Positions 8,247-17,384 of a stretch of 64,000 nt of DNA are shown here, one piece after another. Within the stretch, counting starts at the first letter, position 1; every line of letters starts with the position of its first letter. This stretch comes from Candidatus Komeilibacteria bacterium (GTDB taxonomy: Bacteria; Patescibacteriota; Patescibacteriia; UBA1558; GWA2-36-10), in the NCBI GenBank assembly GCA_018656065.1, contig JABHZY010000024.1:160970-224969 (forward strand). Direction: 5' to 3'. The translations under genes and the position numbers were made by a program. The notes under the pieces were generated by a model. It made no database searches, was not told where the DNA came from, and saw only the letters and a list, made by a program, of their open reading frames with translations.

Positions 8247-9452
8247 TTATTCTCTATTATAATTACCATCGTCATCAAAATTCAAAGATCTACTAATTCC
8301 ACTAGCATTCCATATAATATCAAATACTGATTGAAATTTTTCTGCCGGATTGAAATCTTCTCTATCTATAATAACTGCTGGCAATCTTAAATCATTAGTA
8401 ATTATAGGTAAAGCATCTCTAAAAGGAAAAGGACCCGGTATAGAGACCTTAAAACCCTTAATACCAAATAATGTTAAATAAACATAAAATGGTGGCTTAA
8501 AAGATAACTCCACTAAAAGTTCTACCATACTAGCAACATACTTCATAACACTTGACTCTAACCAAACCATTGGTATTATTGGAGTTGGTTCTCCTTCTGT
8601 TTCTCTAGCCATTAAACCAGAGGCCTCTACGGCCTCTATTTTCCCATCTCTGTATAACTGAGTATATGTTCGTATTGTATCATTATCGTCATTAGAAGCT
8701 GAGTAAGCCGCTACTCCTTCCATATTAATTCTATGACTCCAGCCAGAATTATAGAATGGCCTGAATTTATCGTTACCACCCTCACTTAAAGATAAAATAG
8801 TTGCATTACTTAATTTATGCTCTGTAGTAAAAGCAGATAATGGTAATATATGTATACTGAGAAAATTAGAATTATTTGAAATTATCAATGGTGTGTCGCT
8901 AGCTTGTATATCAAAAACTCTTTTATTTACAAACCCTTTAACATTATCAATCAAATTGCTAGTTTTTATAAACGAAGTTCTCAATTCACCGACGTCCATG
9001 GGATATTTACCATTTGAATTTCTTCTATAGAATTTATCATGGCTCTCAAGAGTAACTCTATGAGGCGCGTCTAAACTTGGATCTATCCTTATGACTAAAA
9101 TAAATTTATTATTATTGGCTATCACTCCTATATCATAATTCATTCTTGGTGCTATAGCTTGTCTCAATAAATTTTCTAATCTTGATTTTTCTGAATCAAT
9201 ATCACCAACCTCAAAACCAATATCTTCTGAAACTATTTCCTGTCCAATACTGCTTTCATCAACTCCAAAAATAATATAACCACCCTCTGTATTAGCAAAT
9301 GATGATACATCAGCTAAAAATTCTCTCTTATTACTATGAGATGTGCCAGGTAGTATAGCCTTAAATTCTAAGGTCTTTTTTTCTGTAACATTAGATTCGA
9401 CAATGGCTTTTATATCAGCCACTTCTATTTGATCAATGTTTTTATCTATCAT
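8247..9452 (-). CDS. AlbA_2/Schlafen-domain protein
   Basis: E..TLEFK, 'DVSSFANTEGGYIIFGVDE', 'PH......FYRR' motifs, followed by a C-terminal domain of unknown function. Confidence 0.85.
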   Translation of the reverse strand: MIDKNIDQIEVADIKAIVESNVTEKKTLEFKAILPGTSHSNKREFLADVSSFANTEGGYIIFGVDESSIGQEIVSEDIGFEVGDIDSEKSRLENLLRQAIAPRMNYDIGVIANNNKFILVIRIDPSLDAPHRVTLESHDKFYRRNSNGKYPMDVGELRTSFIKTSNLIDNVKGFVNKRVFDIQASDTPLIISNNSNFLSIHILPLSAFTTEHKLSNATILSLSEGGNDKFRPFYNSGWSHRINMEGVAAYSASNDDNDTIRTYTQLYRDGKIEAVEASGLMARETEGEPTPIIPMVWLESSVMKYVASMVELLVELSFKPPFYVYLTLFGIKGFKVSIPGPFPFRDALPIITNDLRLPAVIIDREDFNPAEKFQSVFDIIWNASGISRSLNFDDDGNYNRE

Positions 9453-9461
9453 AAGATTTAA

Positions 9462-10181
9462 TTAGCTTATTGAATCTATAATTCTAAGAAGTTGATTTGA
9501 TGTATGAATTATGTCAGCAGCTTCTTTCGGGTCAAGAAGTTCAACATCTCTATGACTTGATGGATTCTTAAATGTACCTATTGCACCAGTAAACAATTCC
9601 ATTCTAGCTACTTTTTCACCGGGAGCAGCCTCTTGATCTGTTAATATACCATCAGTTGGACTAAATGCTTTCCTCATTAAAGATACTCCAATGTCACTAT
9701 TACTTAAATTAGTTTTATTACGTACTCTTATCTCTACCTCCTTGAATGCTTGAAATATAGCCGTATCATAATCACCTCTAATAAAAGCTTGTTTAACTTT
9801 TCTTACCAAAATTGGGTCTAAACCATCCGAAGGTAAAAGCTCGCCTTTTCTATAGGTTTCAAAATCCTGAGAATCTAATATCTCCTGCCCTCTTGGTGTA
9901 ATGAAAGTCCAATCTATATTTCCAGGTTGTGGAGCTATAAATAATTCTCTTTCAAGCCATCGCCACGCTACTATAAATCTTTTTAAGATTTTTTCCCTAA
10001 GAAGATTATCCTGCCCTGCCCAACTAACAAAATTCTGATCTGTGCCAATAGTAAAATTATGCATATTAAAATTTTGCATACCTGAAACACTTAGATGCTT
10101 CAAAATAACAGGAGCTAACTCCTCTGGTTCCATATCTAATATAGTTTCTATAGGAGGATATATTTCTTCATAAATTGACAT
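9462..10181 (-). CDS. TIGR02391 (Hypoth_Ymh) family protein
   Basis: 'GDYDTAIFQAFKEVEIRVR', 'GVSLMRKAF', 'LFTGAIGTFKNPSSH'. Confidence 0.85.
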   Translation of the reverse strand: MSIYEEIYPPIETILDMEPEELAPVILKHLSVSGMQNFNMHNFTIGTDQNFVSWAGQDNLLREKILKRFIVAWRWLERELFIAPQPGNIDWTFITPRGQEILDSQDFETYRKGELLPSDGLDPILVRKVKQAFIRGDYDTAIFQAFKEVEIRVRNKTNLSNSDIGVSLMRKAFSPTDGILTDQEAAPGEKVARMELFTGAIGTFKNPSSHRDVELLDPKEAADIIHTSNQLLRIIDSIS

Positions 10182-10187
10182 ACTTGC

Positions 10188-10216
10188 ATTATACAGAAAT
10201 GCAAAACAAACGGCAA
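10188..10216 (-). promoter_or_regulatory. Promoter for the TIGR02391-AlbA_2 pair, probably giving a leaderless mRNA
   Basis: Minus strand TTGCCG-N17-TATAAT, then 6 nt, then the ATG at 10181. Confidence 0.65.
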
Positions 10217-10236
10217 ATATCCTATCAAAAGCAGTG

Positions 10237-11121
10237 TTATAGAGGATTTTTAATAATCTGCTGTCTTAAATGTTCGCTACTAGCTGCTAAATATATAGTA
10301 GTTGTCTTGATGTCGTTATGCCCCAAAATTCTAGATAAACTATAAATATCACATCCTCCTTCAAGCATAAGCGTAGCAAAAGTATGCCTAAGTCTATGAA
10401 CATTGAAACTAAGGCCCGAGACATCTTTTATCTTAGCAACCAAACGTCTCAGGCCTATTTCTTTGAAACCCATATTACGGTTAAGAGAAGTAAAAAATTC
10501 TGGACAAGTTTTATCTAATCTAGATCTTTCCTGGGAGTATTTTTGTAGTATTGAAACTAATTTATGATTAATTGGAATTATCCTATCTTTATTACCCTTG
10601 CCCTGTCTAACAAAAAGCGTTAAATTCTCTAAATCAATATCAGTATATTTAAGATTTAACAATTCTTTACGCCTAAGGCCCGTAAAAAGAAACGTGGCAA
10701 ATATAGCATGATTTCTATACCTAAGAAATTTGTACTTATATGGATAATTATAAACTACCTCTAATAACCTCTGAGATTCTTGTTTGGTTAATTTTGGTGG
10801 AAGTCTCTTCTCTATCTTAGGAGTCTCAATATCCTGAGCTAAATTAGCCTCCATATGCCCCTGCTCTACGCACCAACGGAAAAATACTACCAATGTCTTG
10901 TGATAGCATACAAACGTGTTAGACGACCAATTTTTAAGCGTACGACCATTAAAAAAGAAGCCCTTGGTATTCTCATCATTTATTTGATCTATATCCTCTA
11001 TCTCAGCATATTTAGTAAATAAAGATACTACGCGTCTATAGCGTTTAATAGTATCATCTGCATATCCTCTGATATATTGAGAATAATCACAAAACTCTTG
11101 AACAAGTAAGTTAATTTTCAT
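10237..11121 (-). CDS. Tyrosine recombinase/integrase (XerC/D-like)
   Basis: TGLRRKEL, GKGNKDR, HRLRHTFAT, ILGH, TTIY motifs. Confidence 0.95.
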   Translation of the reverse strand: MKINLLVQEFCDYSQYIRGYADDTIKRYRRVVSLFTKYAEIEDIDQINDENTKGFFFNGRTLKNWSSNTFVCYHKTLVVFFRWCVEQGHMEANLAQDIETPKIEKRLPPKLTKQESQRLLEVVYNYPYKYKFLRYRNHAIFATFLFTGLRRKELLNLKYTDIDLENLTLFVRQGKGNKDRIIPINHKLVSILQKYSQERSRLDKTCPEFFTSLNRNMGFKEIGLRRLVAKIKDVSGLSFNVHRLRHTFATLMLEGGCDIYSLSRILGHNDIKTTTIYLAASSEHLRQQIIKNPL

Positions 11122-11155
11122 AAATAAAAAACACTGCTTAATTAATGCAGTATTC

Positions 11156-11231
11156 TGGAGCCGTCATGCGGACTCGAACCGCAGACCCCCACCTTACCAT
11201 GGTGGTGCTCTACCAACTGAGCTATAACGGC
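11156..11231 (-). tRNA. tRNA-Thr(GGT), island-encoded complete copy
   Basis: GCCGTTA...CCACC-ATGGTAA-GGTGG...TGCGG-TTCGAGT-CCGCA-TGACGGC-T-CCA; 76-nt cloverleaf. Confidence 0.95.
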
Positions 11232-11331
11232 GTGATTTACTCCGTGATCTGTTTAGGGAGAAAACAGACCGCTATTTTAACAAAGCTCCCAATTTTATTA
11301 ACTCAATTTAACTTTTACACAGACCTGTTTA

Positions 11332-11368
11332 TTACCATGGAAGTGCTCTACCGCTGAGCTATGACGGC
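11332..11368 (-). pseudogene. 5' half of the split host tRNA-Thr(GGT); right junction of the island
   Basis: GCCGTCATAGCTCAGCGGTAGAGCA-CTTCC-ATGGTAA, then non-tRNA sequence. CTTCC pairs with GGAAG of the half at 3274-3318. Confidence 0.93.
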
Positions 11369-11378
11369 TTATTTTGGA

Positions 11379-11642
11379 TTAATTTTTCTTTGCCAGTTCT
11401 TCTTTCTTCTCTTTCTTCCAACCCTTAATTTGGGCTTCACGTTTCATAGCTTTTGATATAGAATCGAATTCTTCTGAATACACAATCTTAACTGGTCGTC
11501 TTTGCCTAGTATACTTAGCTCCATCGCCAGAATTATGTTTGTTTTCACGTTGTTTTAAATCTGCACAATATCCAGCATACAAAGAATTATCTGAACACCT
11601 TGCAAGATAAAAATGATATTTTTTTACTTTGTCTTCTTTCAT
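11379..11642 (-). CDS. GIY-YIG nuclease family protein (UPF0213/YhbQ-like)
   Basis: 'FYLARCSDNSLYAG', 'HNSGDGAKYT', 'AMKREAQIK'. Confidence 0.9.
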   Translation of the reverse strand: MKEDKVKKYHFYLARCSDNSLYAGYCADLKQRENKHNSGDGAKYTRQRRPVKIVYSEEFDSISKAMKREAQIKGWKKEKKEELAKKN

Positions 11643-11669
11643 AATAAATACCCTATACTAGAGCATAAG

Positions 11670-11815
11670 TGCCCTTCGATTGAATGCCTTTCGACTCACT
11701 TCGTTCGCTCAAGACACTCTCCTCGTCTTATTATATAAGAATGGTTGGCGTTCCGAACAAAGTGAGGAACAGAAACCACGAGCGAGGAGGAGTAAAACGA
11801 CGACGAGTCGAGTGG
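11670..11815. repeat. Cluster of REP-like hairpins (TCGAC...GCTC core)
   Basis: TTCGACTCACTTCGTTCGCTCA and CCACGAGCGAG...CGAGTCGAGTGG, between the GIY-YIG gene and tRNA-Tyr. Confidence 0.65.
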
Positions 11816-11898
11816 TGGGCCCGGAGGGATTCGAACCCCCGAAGGCGAAAGCCAGCAGGTTTACAGCCTGCCCCGTTTGACCGCTTCGGTACAGACCC
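11813..11898 (-). tRNA. tRNA-Tyr(GTA)
   Basis: GCAGG-CTGTAAA-CCTGC anticodon arm, long variable arm, GGTTCGAATCC, CCA end. Confidence 0.95.
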
Positions 11899-11963
11899 AC
11901 GCTACAAAAACTATTTGGTCTGACCCTGAGCAACGCCGAAGGGTACAGACCCACAAAAAAATA

Positions 11964-12848
11964 TTATAAATTATCAATACGCTCTATAAAACTAACTATC
12001 TTTTGATTCTCTGGATTAACTTCTTTTAACTTGTCTAAATAGTCAGAAGCTAATTCTTTATCAGACATAATTATACTAATATTTATCAAAAAGTCAAGAA
12101 TCTTAGGATTGTTTGATGCTGAAAGTAAGGCCTTTTGAGCAGTCTCCAGAGCTTTTTCCTCTTCTTCCAAGTCCATATATACTTCAGCTAGCGATAATAA
12201 ATATAAATGGTTATCATCTGACAATGATATTGATTTTATATAATCCTCTTCTGCCTGCTTAAGATTCCCTCGCTCTTTAGCAATATCAGCTAAAGAATAA
12301 TAAACATCCGGATCTTCAGTATGAGTTAATTTCAATAAATACTCTAATGTTTCTTTAGCTTGAGTATATTCTTTTTTAAGTCGATATACTTCAGCTAATA
12401 ATTTATAAGCTTCTATATTATGCTGATCAATACCAATAGCATCTAATATCACTTCCTCGGCCTGGCTATATTCTTCTTGATTTGCATGCTGTTTAGCAGT
12501 GGTTAATATTTCATCTACAGCCTGGGATCTGTCCACTGAGGAATTAAGTTTCTCGAAACCACGTAGACGAATATCTTTTTCTATATCTGTTAATTTTTTA
12601 TAATACTGTTTCAAAGTGCCTTTTAATTTACCCTTAGCTGGGTTTAGTAATACTTTAAATTTATCAAAAACTCCTAACCAAAATCTCTCTAAACGACTTT
12701 TTAGTATGTACTCTTTCTGTCTCTGTATTTTTACTTCTGGTAAGTTATCCACATTAATATTTATCAAACGTGAAAATTTCCCTACTATCTTCCAGATAAT
12801 AAAGACTAAAGATAAAACTATTAAAATTGCTAAAGCTATATCAAACAT
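11964..12848 (-). CDS. Membrane-anchored TPR protein
   Basis: N-terminal TM segment plus several TPR-like helical repeats. Confidence 0.8.
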   Translation of the reverse strand: MFDIALAILIVLSLVFIIWKIVGKFSRLININVDNLPEVKIQRQKEYILKSRLERFWLGVFDKFKVLLNPAKGKLKGTLKQYYKKLTDIEKDIRLRGFEKLNSSVDRSQAVDEILTTAKQHANQEEYSQAEEVILDAIGIDQHNIEAYKLLAEVYRLKKEYTQAKETLEYLLKLTHTEDPDVYYSLADIAKERGNLKQAEEDYIKSISLSDDNHLYLLSLAEVYMDLEEEEKALETAQKALLSASNNPKILDFLINISIIMSDKELASDYLDKLKEVNPENQKIVSFIERIDNL

Positions 12849-12851
12849 ATA

Positions 12852-13721
12852 CTAAGCTTTATTGTTACTACCAAAAATTTTTATCGTCTTTTCTACTTCT
12901 ACCTGCATAGCCTCTGTAGAAGGATTAAGAATTTTTCTAGGGTCTATAATATTAGATTCTTTAGAAATAGTACTTTTAAGCGCTTTTCTAAAGGCTAAAC
13001 GTAAATTCGTATCAATATTTATTACACTAACTCCGTTCTTTATAGCTTTTCTAAAAGTCTGAGGACTAAGCCCAGAACCACCATGGAGAACAAGAGGTAT
13101 ATTAACTAATTCTCTTATTTTTTTCAAGCGTGGCTGATCAACTCTTTCAACGCCTTTGAAATGTCCATGAATAGTGCCAACTGAAATTGCTAAAGTATCT
13201 ACTTTAGTACGTTCTACAAAATCTCTAGCCTGAATTGGATCGGTCATTAGATCTTTCATATTTATCTCTCCTGTTTCCAGTTTAACCATACCCTCTTTGC
13301 CCAAAATTGAGCCTAATTCGGCTTGAATCCATATTTTCTTATTATGGGCTAACTTAGCCATTTGTTTTGATAGACGGACGTTAGTGGCGTAATCTTTTTC
13401 TGAGGCATCCATATGTACTGAATTATAACCAACATTAATACAATCCTTAACTATTTTAGTATGTTTGCCATGATCAAGATGAATAGCAATTGGCACAGAT
13501 TTGCCTATAGTATTACCTACATTAGTCATTATAGAAAATAAAGTCTGCAAATTAGAATAGCCGATGGCAGATTCTGAAGTCTGTATAATTACTGGCGATT
13601 TTTGTTTGACTGCCGCTCTAATAATAGCCATTGTAATCTCCAAATTTGAAGTATTGAAAGCTCCCACAGCATATTTACCTGCCTTAGCTTTTGTGATTAT
13701 TTGTTTAATTGGAACTATCAT
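12852..13721 (-). CDS. fba: Class II fructose-bisphosphate aldolase
   Basis: YAVGAFN, HLDHG, GTIHG, LVLHGGSG. Confidence 0.93.
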   Translation of the reverse strand: MIVPIKQIITKAKAGKYAVGAFNTSNLEITMAIIRAAVKQKSPVIIQTSESAIGYSNLQTLFSIMTNVGNTIGKSVPIAIHLDHGKHTKIVKDCINVGYNSVHMDASEKDYATNVRLSKQMAKLAHNKKIWIQAELGSILGKEGMVKLETGEINMKDLMTDPIQARDFVERTKVDTLAISVGTIHGHFKGVERVDQPRLKKIRELVNIPLVLHGGSGLSPQTFRKAIKNGVSVINIDTNLRLAFRKALKSTISKESNIIDPRKILNPSTEAMQVEVEKTIKIFGSNNKA

Positions 13722-13727
13722 ATATTT

Positions 13728-14468
13728 TTATGAATTTTTAATTAAATCAAAAAATGTTTGAGCTTTTAAACTAGCTCCACCAACCAAAGCACCTTTAAAA
13801 TCTTTACTGAAATCACCAACTGTATCTGGCTTAACACTACCTCCATAGACAATATCAAAATCTTTTAAACTAGCTGGAATGCTATCTTTTAATATCTTAA
13901 TCTGTTCTATGGCTTCAGCAGCTGTAATGGTCTTACCACTACCACTAGTACTAATTGCCCAGACTGGTTCATAGGCTAATATAAAATACTTATTATCTAA
14001 ATTCTCTAAAGTCTTTGATACTTGTCTAGCTAAAACTTCTTTAGCATTACCAGCTTCATATTCTTCTAAAGTTTCACCAACGCAGATAATAGGAATCATA
14101 TTATTAGCTAATACAGCTTGCGCTTTCTTGCCAACTAATTCATCTACTTCGCCCATAGCTCTTCTTTCTGAATGTCCAACAATAATATAATCACAGCCTA
14201 ATTCTTTAAGACTGGCTGGTGATACTTCGCCAGTAAAGGCACCTTCTTCTTCATAAAAAGCATCCTGAGCTCCCAAGCTAATCTCTGAATTTTTTAAAAT
14301 ATTTGCTACGTCATGCATAGCTAAAAAACTAGGACAAAGAACTACCTTTTTATCTGCCAGCGGCTCTTTAGCTAACATATCTTTAAGTTCAGCAGACAAA
14401 GCTGTTGCCTCATCAACATTGAGCTTCATTTTCCAATTAGCTACTATAATTTGTTTATATTTTTTCAT
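13728..14468 (-). CDS. tpiA: Triosephosphate isomerase
   Basis: ANWKM, GHSERR, AYEPVWAI, YGGSV, LVGGASL. Confidence 0.97.
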   Translation of the reverse strand: MKKYKQIIVANWKMKLNVDEATALSAELKDMLAKEPLADKKVVLCPSFLAMHDVANILKNSEISLGAQDAFYEEEGAFTGEVSPASLKELGCDYIIVGHSERRAMGEVDELVGKKAQAVLANNMIPIICVGETLEEYEAGNAKEVLARQVSKTLENLDNKYFILAYEPVWAISTSGSGKTITAAEAIEQIKILKDSIPASLKDFDIVYGGSVKPDTVGDFSKDFKGALVGGASLKAQTFFDLIKNS

Positions 14469-14944
14469 AATACAAAATCAAAAATTTTAAATACTGTTAC
14501 AACTATCACTCCTGCTAAAATACTTCCTAGAGCTATATATATTAATGATTGTTTCTTATCAAAATTGAACAACCAAGCCGCCAAAGATCCGGTCCATACT
14601 CCTGTACCTGGTAGTGGAGTAGCTACAAAAAACATTAAAGCTAATTTACCCTGAGCAGCATATTTTTTATCAAATTTAGATCTAGTCCTATCAAACAGCC
14701 ATATAAAAAACCTGTCAAAAATTTTCCATTTTCTAAACCATTTTGATACTGGACCAAGCCAATAAACAATAAATATTGCTGGAATAAAACTACCAATTAC
14801 TGAAACTGTAAATATTTGCCACAAAGCAAGATCAAAATTAGCAATAGCCAAAGGAATAGCACCTCTTAGCTCAATAATAGGCAACATGGATAATAAAAAT
14901 GTTGCCAAAACTGGATTAATGTTATAAAACCACGATATATCCAT
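14465..14944 (-). CDS. Small multi-drug export family membrane protein (COG2426-like)
   Basis: 'SMLPIIELRGAIP' and 'PLPGTGVWTG'. Confidence 0.85.
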   Translation of the reverse strand: MDISWFYNINPVLATFLLSMLPIIELRGAIPLAIANFDLALWQIFTVSVIGSFIPAIFIVYWLGPVSKWFRKWKIFDRFFIWLFDRTRSKFDKKYAAQGKLALMFFVATPLPGTGVWTGSLAAWLFNFDKKQSLIYIALGSILAGVIVVTVFKIFDFVL

Positions 14945-14975
14945 AATTAATAATAATTATACAATAAAACACTTT

Positions 14976-15902
14976 TTAAGACCATGAAAAATTATCTAGG
15001 ACCCAAGCAGATAATATTTTTAGATCTTGAAAACGACCATCATGACTATCAGAACCCAAAACCACTGAAATAATATCTGACTCTCCTTCTCCAACAACCT
15101 CAGCTACTAAACAATAACCAGAGGCATTAACAAAACCTGTCTTACCAGCCTTAATATTTAAAAAACTATTAAAAAGTTTATTAGTACTAATTATCTTATG
15201 ATTAGCACCACTAATAGCTTGAAAATTATAAACTGCCTTAGATACAGCATCATTTATATATTGATTGTCAAAAGCTACCTTAGCTAAAGACAAAATATCT
15301 AAAGCAGTAGATTTGTTATTATCTTTTAACCCTGTAGGATCTACAAAATTAGTATTAGCTAAATTCAATTCTTTAGCTTTATTATTCATTTTTTGTATAA
15401 ATTCTTCTTCTAATACTCCCGTGCTACGCACTAAAGCTCTAGTAGCATTGTTATCTGAGGCAATAAGCGATGTATAGAAAATATCATGAACTGTCACCAC
15501 TTCACCTCTTAATATTCTATTAGTACCGCCATTTATTTCATCTTGTTTTTCTAAAGTAATTTCTGTATCCCAACCAGGGTTATTATCTAAAAATACTAAA
15601 GCAGTCATCAGTTTAGTAATACTAGCAATGGATCTGACCTGATCTGCATTTTTTTGCCATAATATTAAGCCAGTATTTTTATCCATAGTAGCTGCTGATT
15701 GAGCGGCAATCTTTACTCCTAAAGATTTATTATCTATTTTATGAGGTATAATTTCAGCAGCATCATCTAATTCTACAGCTTCAAAGCTAGCTGTTGTATT
15801 TTCTTCACTTTCAAAAATACTAATCAAAGGTAATTGATAAGCTGGATTGCTAGTTAGACCAAGGCCTAATATTATAGTAGATATTAATATCCAAAGATTC
15901 AT
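14976..15902 (-). CDS. D-alanyl-D-alanine peptidase, family S11
   Basis: ASITK (SxxK), SDN, KTG motifs; signal peptide. Confidence 0.9.
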   Translation of the reverse strand: MNLWILISTIILGLGLTSNPAYQLPLISIFESEENTTASFEAVELDDAAEIIPHKIDNKSLGVKIAAQSAATMDKNTGLILWQKNADQVRSIASITKLMTALVFLDNNPGWDTEITLEKQDEINGGTNRILRGEVVTVHDIFYTSLIASDNNATRALVRSTGVLEEEFIQKMNNKAKELNLANTNFVDPTGLKDNNKSTALDILSLAKVAFDNQYINDAVSKAVYNFQAISGANHKIISTNKLFNSFLNIKAGKTGFVNASGYCLVAEVVGEGESDIISVVLGSDSHDGRFQDLKILSAWVLDNFSWS

Positions 15903-15906
15903 AATT

Positions 15907-16674
15907 TTATTCCTCCAAAAAAGTCTTAGTAACGGTAGTTAATTCTGGATCATCTGCCATGCCTACATAAACAAAATTAATTTTTTGATTATTTTTAGCT
16001 AGCTCATCTTGACTGATCCAGGCTAAATAGCCACTATCTAAAGTCTTTTTTGAATATTCTATTGGTGGTACTTCAACACCAGGTAAATAAATACTAACTG
16101 ATTCAAAACCTTCTGCCATTGATAATGCCCTATCTAATAATTTTTCTTCGACTACCCTTTCCATAGACAAAGCATGCATAGCCCCAATACATTTTACACC
16201 GGTATCATTAATGAAGTTCTTGATATCTTCAAATGGAACATCTTCTACATCCCAATGCGCTTCCATATGTGTACCAGCTGGATATGGTACTGCCCATTCT
16301 TTTATAAAAGAATGTAAAATACATCTATGTAATCCTAAAGTATTAATAATTTCTTTAATCTTAGGTAAAGCTTTTCGGTGCTTGCAATCTAAAACTACAA
16401 TCACATCTTCCGCATCTTTTAACATTTCAATTGCATCATCTATATCCATATTGTTAGGCATTGGAATCTTTTTTTCAATTGTATAAAATTCTTTAGGATG
16501 TCCAACATAAATACTATCATTATCTTCATCATAGGCAATATCAAATTCTATACTAGTGCCTTTTTTAATTGCTTCTTCTACTGTTTCTTTATGTACTTCA
16601 CGCACATGCCAATAGATATAAGGTTTATTTAACTCTCTGGCTTTATCTAGCGGATGTTGTTTCTGAATATTCAT
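15907..16674 (-). CDS. Hypothetical protein, possible PLC-like phosphodiesterase (GDPD/FAM151-like) fold
   Basis: 'YWH', 'SIEFDI', 'VGH', 'VLDCK' resemble GDPD/menorin metal ligands. Confidence 0.45.
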   Translation of the reverse strand: MNIQKQHPLDKARELNKPYIYWHVREVHKETVEEAIKKGTSIEFDIAYDEDNDSIYVGHPKEFYTIEKKIPMPNNMDIDDAIEMLKDAEDVIVVLDCKHRKALPKIKEIINTLGLHRCILHSFIKEWAVPYPAGTHMEAHWDVEDVPFEDIKNFINDTGVKCIGAMHALSMERVVEEKLLDRALSMAEGFESVSIYLPGVEVPPIEYSKKTLDSGYLAWISQDELAKNNQKINFVYVGMADDPELTTVTKTFLEE

Positions 16675-17384
16675 AATTTTATATCTGTTTTATTTAAAAT
16701 TTTATATTCACCACTTGGCAGATCATCTAATTTTAATTTACCTTCAGCTATACGGACTAATTCTGTTACTCGTAAACCTTCTGCACCTAACATACGTCTT
16801 ATCTGTCTATTCCAGCCCTGATGAATTACTATTTCTAGTCTATTTTTGTCTAAAATCTTAACTTTATCAGCTTTAGCTAAACCTTCTTCTAACATCACGC
16901 CTTTTTTTAGATTAGAGATAATACTTTTGTCTAAAGCATTATTAACTGTGGCAATATAGGTTTTACTTACTTCAAACTTAGGATGTGTTAATTGATGAGT
17001 TAATTCACCATCATTAGTCAATAAAAGCAAACCTGAAGAATCCATATCAAGTCGCCCCACAGGAACAACTCTTGGTTTCTCAGGTACTAAATCAACTACC
17101 AGTTTATCATTATGCGGATCACTAAGTGAAGAAATATATCCAACTGGTTTATTTAATAAATAATAGACTTTTGGCTCTATTATTACTTTTTTATTATCTA
17201 CACTAATATTATCCTGATCAGCCAAAACATTAGTTGCAACATTATCTACAACTTCACCAGCTATTTTAACTTGACCAGCTTTAATTAACTCTTCTGACTT
17301 ACGTCGTGAAGCAATGCCTGCTTCAGCTAAAAATTTGGCTAGGCGTATTGAATTTTTATTGTTCTGCTTCATTTTCAGAGCCAT
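16671..17384 (-). CDS. rluB: RsuA/RluB-family rRNA pseudouridine synthase
   Basis: S4 domain, GRLD motif, downstream of scpAB. Confidence 0.85.
   Translation of the reverse strand: MALKMKQNNKNSIRLAKFLAEAGIASRRKSEELIKAGQVKIAGEVVDNVATNVLADQDNISVDNKKVIIEPKVYYLLNKPVGYISSLSDPHNDKLVVDLVPEKPRVVPVGRLDMDSSGLLLLTNDGELTHQLTHPKFEVSKTYIATVNNALDKSIISNLKKGVMLEEGLAKADKVKILDKNRLEIVIHQGWNRQIRRMLGAEGLRVTELVRIAEGKLKLDDLPSGEYKILNKTDIKL

Larger units (their letters stand above)
3312..11338. mobile_element. Integrative island in tRNA-Thr(GGT) with two tyrosine recombinases, a replacement tRNA and defence cargo
   Basis: 7-bp direct repeat TTACCAT (3312-3318, 11332-11338) equals the anticodon loop; the two tRNA halves lie at the two ends; an integrase gene lies next to each end. 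Confidence 0.92.

Noticed and set aside
3319..11331. tRNA intron interrupting tRNA-Thr
   Set aside because: The insert is 8 kb, has a 7-bp duplication and integrases, and shows no group I/II core. It is a DNA-level integration.
11145..11954. ORFs 11145-11357, 11680-11880, 11684-11923 and 11709-11954
   Set aside because: They overlap tRNA genes and REP-like repeats; shadow ORFs.
11670..11960. CRISPR array
   Set aside because: The repeats are irregular hairpins without constant repeat-spacer periodicity, and no cas genes are present in the window.
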